Shown here: positions 59,957 to 64,000 of the stretch, in pieces
Position numbering within the stretch: the stretch's first letter is position 1
Layout: each line of letters begins with the position of its first letter
Position numbers and translations under genes: made by a program
The notes under the pieces: model-generated
Told to the model about the DNA's origin: nothing
The model's input: the letters and a program-made list of their open reading frames with translations, nothing else
The model's database searches: none
Assembly (NCBI GenBank): GCA_013265495.1
Contig: MU058045.1
Location: 195,241 to 259,240, forward strand
Source of the DNA: Vicugna vicugna
Lineage: Eukaryota
Direction: 5' to 3'
DNA: 64,000 bases

Positions 59957-60530
59957 CGACACAGACAGATCCTAGCCTCCAGTTCCAAGGAGCAAGTACC
60001 CACAACTTCCAAGTCTCTTGCGGGGGGTGGGAAGAGCCAGCCCCTTGGTACCAGCCACAACAGTTCAGTCTTCCAAACCCCGACACCCAGACGTCCCTAT
60101 CATCCCAGCGTCAGATGGCCTCCAGGGACCCAGGCACCCACAGCTGGAAAGTTCCTCCCCTCCAGCCCTCAGCGAATCAGACAGAGGCAGTCACCGTGCC
60201 AGGAAAATATCTACAGAAGGAAAGAATCCCCTCCGCACATGCCACTCCCACACCCCCTTCTGCCTGTTCCCGGAAAGTGGGGGTGTCTGCCCCAGAAGCT
60301 ACTTCTGGCCCTCCTATGACTGGGAATCCGGGAATGAGTGTTCTGGAGAACTCCCTCCCCCCAGAATGAGACCACATCAGTCAGCCTGTTGGCATACTAT
60401 CCTTCCATTTAACATTGTGAAGCCTTGGCCTCCCACAGAGGCCTCCCTCCTGCCAGGCCCAATTAAACCTGCTGTCAAATGGCCTCTGCCTCTGCCTAGC
60501 CTCTGTCTGCAACAGGAGGCTCATGGAGCA

Positions 60531-60751
60531 TAGTGGTTCTCAACCAGGGTGGGGGTTTCACCTGCGAAGACTTTTTCAACAACTGGAGACATTTCTGATT
60601 GTTTTGATGGCAGGGGTGGGGGTGGGGGGCAAGGCTGTTGGAGGGATATGCTACTGGCATGTAGTGCGTAGGCACCAGGGATGCAGCGAAACATCCGAGA
60701 ATGCACAGGAAAGTCCTCCACAAACGTCCAGTGTTTGGTTGAGAAACCTTG
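60531..60751. mobile_element. MER20-like hAT DNA transposon fossil
   Basis: TIR-like ends TAGTGGTTCTCAACC...GGTTGAGAAACC; internal GGAGACATTT and GCTACTGGCAT. Confidence 0.7.
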
Positions 60752-61372
60752 GTGTTTAGTCCCCTGGCTCTCAGGAGTTTTGATTTGAGGGATGGGAGAT
60801 GAGACATGAGAAGGGAGGCCTGTCACTAACCGTAAGTCTCAGTCCAAGGGCCTAGGCTTGGAAGGGGTCCTGGCCCTGACCTCGCTCCATGGTTTTCAAA
60901 CTGAGTACCTGGAGGCTCCAGGGCTAGCGTTCTCAAATAGCTCTACATTGAAGTCGCCTGAGCAACCTAAAAAACCCACCTGTTGCTGGGCCTCATCACC
61001 AGAGATTCTGAATTTAATGGTCTCCCATGGGGCCTCAGTCTAACTCACAGCCAGCCAGAGTTAGAATCACTGTTTAGGGGATCCATAAAGGTCCTGGGCA
61101 TGGAGAGAGGAAGGCTTACCCTTCTCAGGAGAATACCTTCCGTTTTGTTTACACACTCGTCTAACCTCTTCCTTTTACACACACACACACACACACACAC
61201 AAATGAGACCCAGAGATCATAAAGCCAGAACAGACAACTTGTCCAAGATCATACAACAGCTCACACATCCATTCATTTGACCAATCGTAAGTGATTGCCC
61301 ACCAGGCGCCAGGCGGCACTACCGCCCACCGTGGAATGAGAAGCCACACCTCCCGACGGCCCAGGCACCACA

Positions 61373-61386
61373 GCGCCCCCTCGGGG
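61373..61386 (-). promoter_or_regulatory. Candidate CTCF site
   Basis: Minus strand CCCCGAGGGGGCGC matches the CTCF core and lies in a small CpG-rich patch. Confidence 0.45.
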
Positions 61387-63627
61387 CTGCAGTAGCTGCC
61401 CCGTACTCGGCTGTGCCCTCTTTCCAGGCTCAACATTTTGGAGCTGCTTGTTTTCACACCCAACATGCTGTGGGTCAACAAGTTCTGCTCACTCCCGAAG
61501 GACCTCTATTCTCTTTGTCCCCTCCTCCTGCCCTGTGGCCCCCAGCCCACTCTAGACCCCACCCACCTGCGGACCCCAGTCTCCCAGATGTGCATCTGAC
61601 TTTGCCCACTCCCCTCGAATCCATAGCACCCTCAACAACCACACTGGTCTTCTTAAAACCCCACATCAAATGATGCTTAAGGACTTGGGCTTTGGGGTGT
61701 GTTAAGATGCCTGATTTCAAATCCTGGCTCTGGCTCTTACCGGAACTTGGGCAAGTTATTTAACTTCTTTGTTCTTGTTTCCTCATATTTTAAATGCAGG
61801 TCATGTGTTTCCTTGATTCTACAGCCTCCCCCCCCACCATTTTAACATCTCTGAAGAATCCATTTTAAATTGAAGTCATGTCATACCATTAATACATAAT
61901 AATGGTATGTATTACAATTGATGATATCTTTAATTCAATGAAATGCATCAGTGCTTACCTTCCAGAATTGCTGTGAGGTCCAAATCAGTTCATATAAAAT
62001 GCTTGGGACTGAGGCTGACGTGTAACGGACCCTCATTAAGTATGAGTCATTGTAATTTCTTACTTAAAGTCTTCCCTAGCCCTTCTTTGCATACAGAAAT
62101 AGGGTTGACCCTTGACCTTGACATTCAAGACTCTCCATCAGCAGCTCCCGCCTGTCTTATTGGTTCTCAGTCTAGAACTGTCCAGATGCAGAACTGGAAT
62201 CTCACTTGACTGTCCCACAGGCATCTTAGACTCCATGTGTCCACCCTCTCCAGACCTGATGTCCCTGCCCGGGCCCCACTCCGGCCCGTGAGCGCTCTCA
62301 GGCTTAATGGCAGCACCAACAATGTCATGGACATCCTCTTCCTCTCTTGCCACTTGCCCACTTCTCGCCAGCCAGTGATCTACCGTCATAGTGCTTCTTG
62401 GAACCTGACCCCCATGTAACCTCAGAGCTTTATCTCTCAGCTCTGCCCACCCCATAGCCACACTGAATCACTTCTAGTTGCCCAAACACTGTTTCCTCAT
62501 GTCTCCTCACCTTTGCCCAGGCTTGTTCCTGGACCTGAAATGCCTTTCTCCTCTGGCTTAGACACCATCTCTTCTGAGAAGTCTTCCCCGAGCCCCTGAG
62601 ACAGAGTGGGGCCATGTCTGCTCCAGGCATCTCTCAGATGGTCCCTATCACATCAGGTGATGGTGTTTCTTTACACATCTTCCCTCTACACCACACACTA
62701 CTCTCTAAAGCCGCTGCTTAAGGATTGCTGTCTTTGTTCCCTCAGAGCCTGGCATGTAGTGCTACCACGAAGTGTCCCTGACAACTCCAGCACCTTCTCT
62801 GAGCCCTGGTGATATGCCCTCCCCATGTCAGCCCTACATGAGCACGTAACGCAGGAGGCTAGTGGAGTCTGTGTTTCTTTTGTGCACAGAAGGCCAACCG
62901 ACCAGAGTATGGCCCACCAGGGCAGAAATGGCTTTTCTGAGCCTTTCACCCAACAGGGGAGGCTGCTGTTTTAACAACAGTTTTAAAAACAGCCCCACAG
63001 TCTGTGACGTGCCTCCTATCCTTCCTTTGAAACTGGACTCTGTGACTAGCTGGCCAAGTGCATGTGGCAGAAGTGATACTGGGCCACTTTCTGGGCCTAG
63101 GCCTTAAGAATCTGGCACCTTCTACCCTGTGCTTCTTGGAACACTCACTTTGAAACATAGGCACCATGCTCTGAGGATGCTCAGCCTAGGAGTCCCTACA
63201 GAGGGATTCAGCCAACAGCCAGCATCTATTGCCAGAGTGTGTGATGACACAGCCACCAGCTGTCAAATCACCCCTAGACTTTCAGTTTTTCCACCCAAGG
63301 CCCCAAACATAGTAGAGCAGAGATAAAGCATTCCCCCAGTGTCCTGCTGGAATTCCAGACACTGGAAGTCCTGGAGCAGAATAAAATGGTTGTTTTAATG
63401 CCACTCAATGATAGATAACTGGAACACTGGGGCAGAAAAAAGGTCCTAGGACTTGGCATTTAAGGCCCTGGGTTGACGATGTGGCTGGCCTGGCCACTTC
63501 CTAACTATGTATGTACATGAGGACACTTCATCAGCCTGAGCTTCAGTCTTCCTACCTGTAAAATGGAGTTAATGGTGACTAAGATGTATGGAGACTGTGT
63601 CAGACATCATTCTAAGCATTTTAAGTA

Positions 63628-64000
63628 CTGTATTTGCTATCTATAGCTGTGTAACAAATTACCCTAAAACAATAAACCCTTATTATCTCACAGTTTCTGT
63701 GGCTCAGAAATTCAGGAGCAGCTCAAATGGGTGGTTCCGGTTCAGAGTTTCTGATGAGGGTGCCATCAAGATGTTGGTCAGGGTTGCAGGAATCTAAGAT
63801 TTGACTGGGGCTGGTGGATCAGCTCCCAAGATGGCTCACTCACATGCCTGGCACTTTGGTGTTGGCTCTTGGCAGGAGCGCTCAGCTTCTCGACGTGTGG
63901 AGTCTCTCAACAGGGCTGCCTGACTGTCCTCATGACATGGTGGTTGGCCTCCTCCAGAGCGAGTGGTCCAAGAGGGAAAGGCAGAAGCCACACTGTCTTT
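63628..64000. mobile_element. MaLR (MLT1-type) LTR fragment
   Basis: TGTGTAACAAATTACCCTAAA...TCTCACAGTTTCTGTGGCTCAG...CCAAGATGGCTCACTCACATG. Confidence 0.7.

Overview
Mammalian genomic DNA, probably a camelid (alpaca/camel, judged from its tRNA-derived SINE family). It is syntenic with human 17p13.1. Gene order: YBX2(-), ~12 kb repeat-rich spacer, EIF5A(+), GPS2(-), NEURL4(-), a protein-phosphatase-1 inhibitor-2 (PPP1R2/IPP-2)-like gene (+), ACAP1(+), KCTD11(+), TMEM95(+), then old repeats. Exon chains were traced by hand from GT-AG junctions; those summed give open frames of expected length (YBX2 360 aa, EIF5A 154, GPS2 327, KCTD11 232/271, TMEM95 176). The best candidate for an under-described system is the intact 9-exon, ~496-aa inhibitor-2 paralog (39939-43045). 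It keeps all I-2 PP1-docking motifs, adds long N- and C-terminal extensions, and lies head-to-head with NEURL4. Other observations: an L1 insertion whose target-site duplication copies a NEURL4 splice donor; a full-length U6 retrocopy antisense in the likely KCTD11 3'UTR; a frameshifted EIF5A long-isoform exon; a duplicated ACAP1 donor flanking a CA repeat; the AUU start of KCTD11; and several homotypic TF-site clusters. There are no prokaryotic systems or CRISPR arrays. No database searches were run, so orthology and repeat-family names come from recognition.
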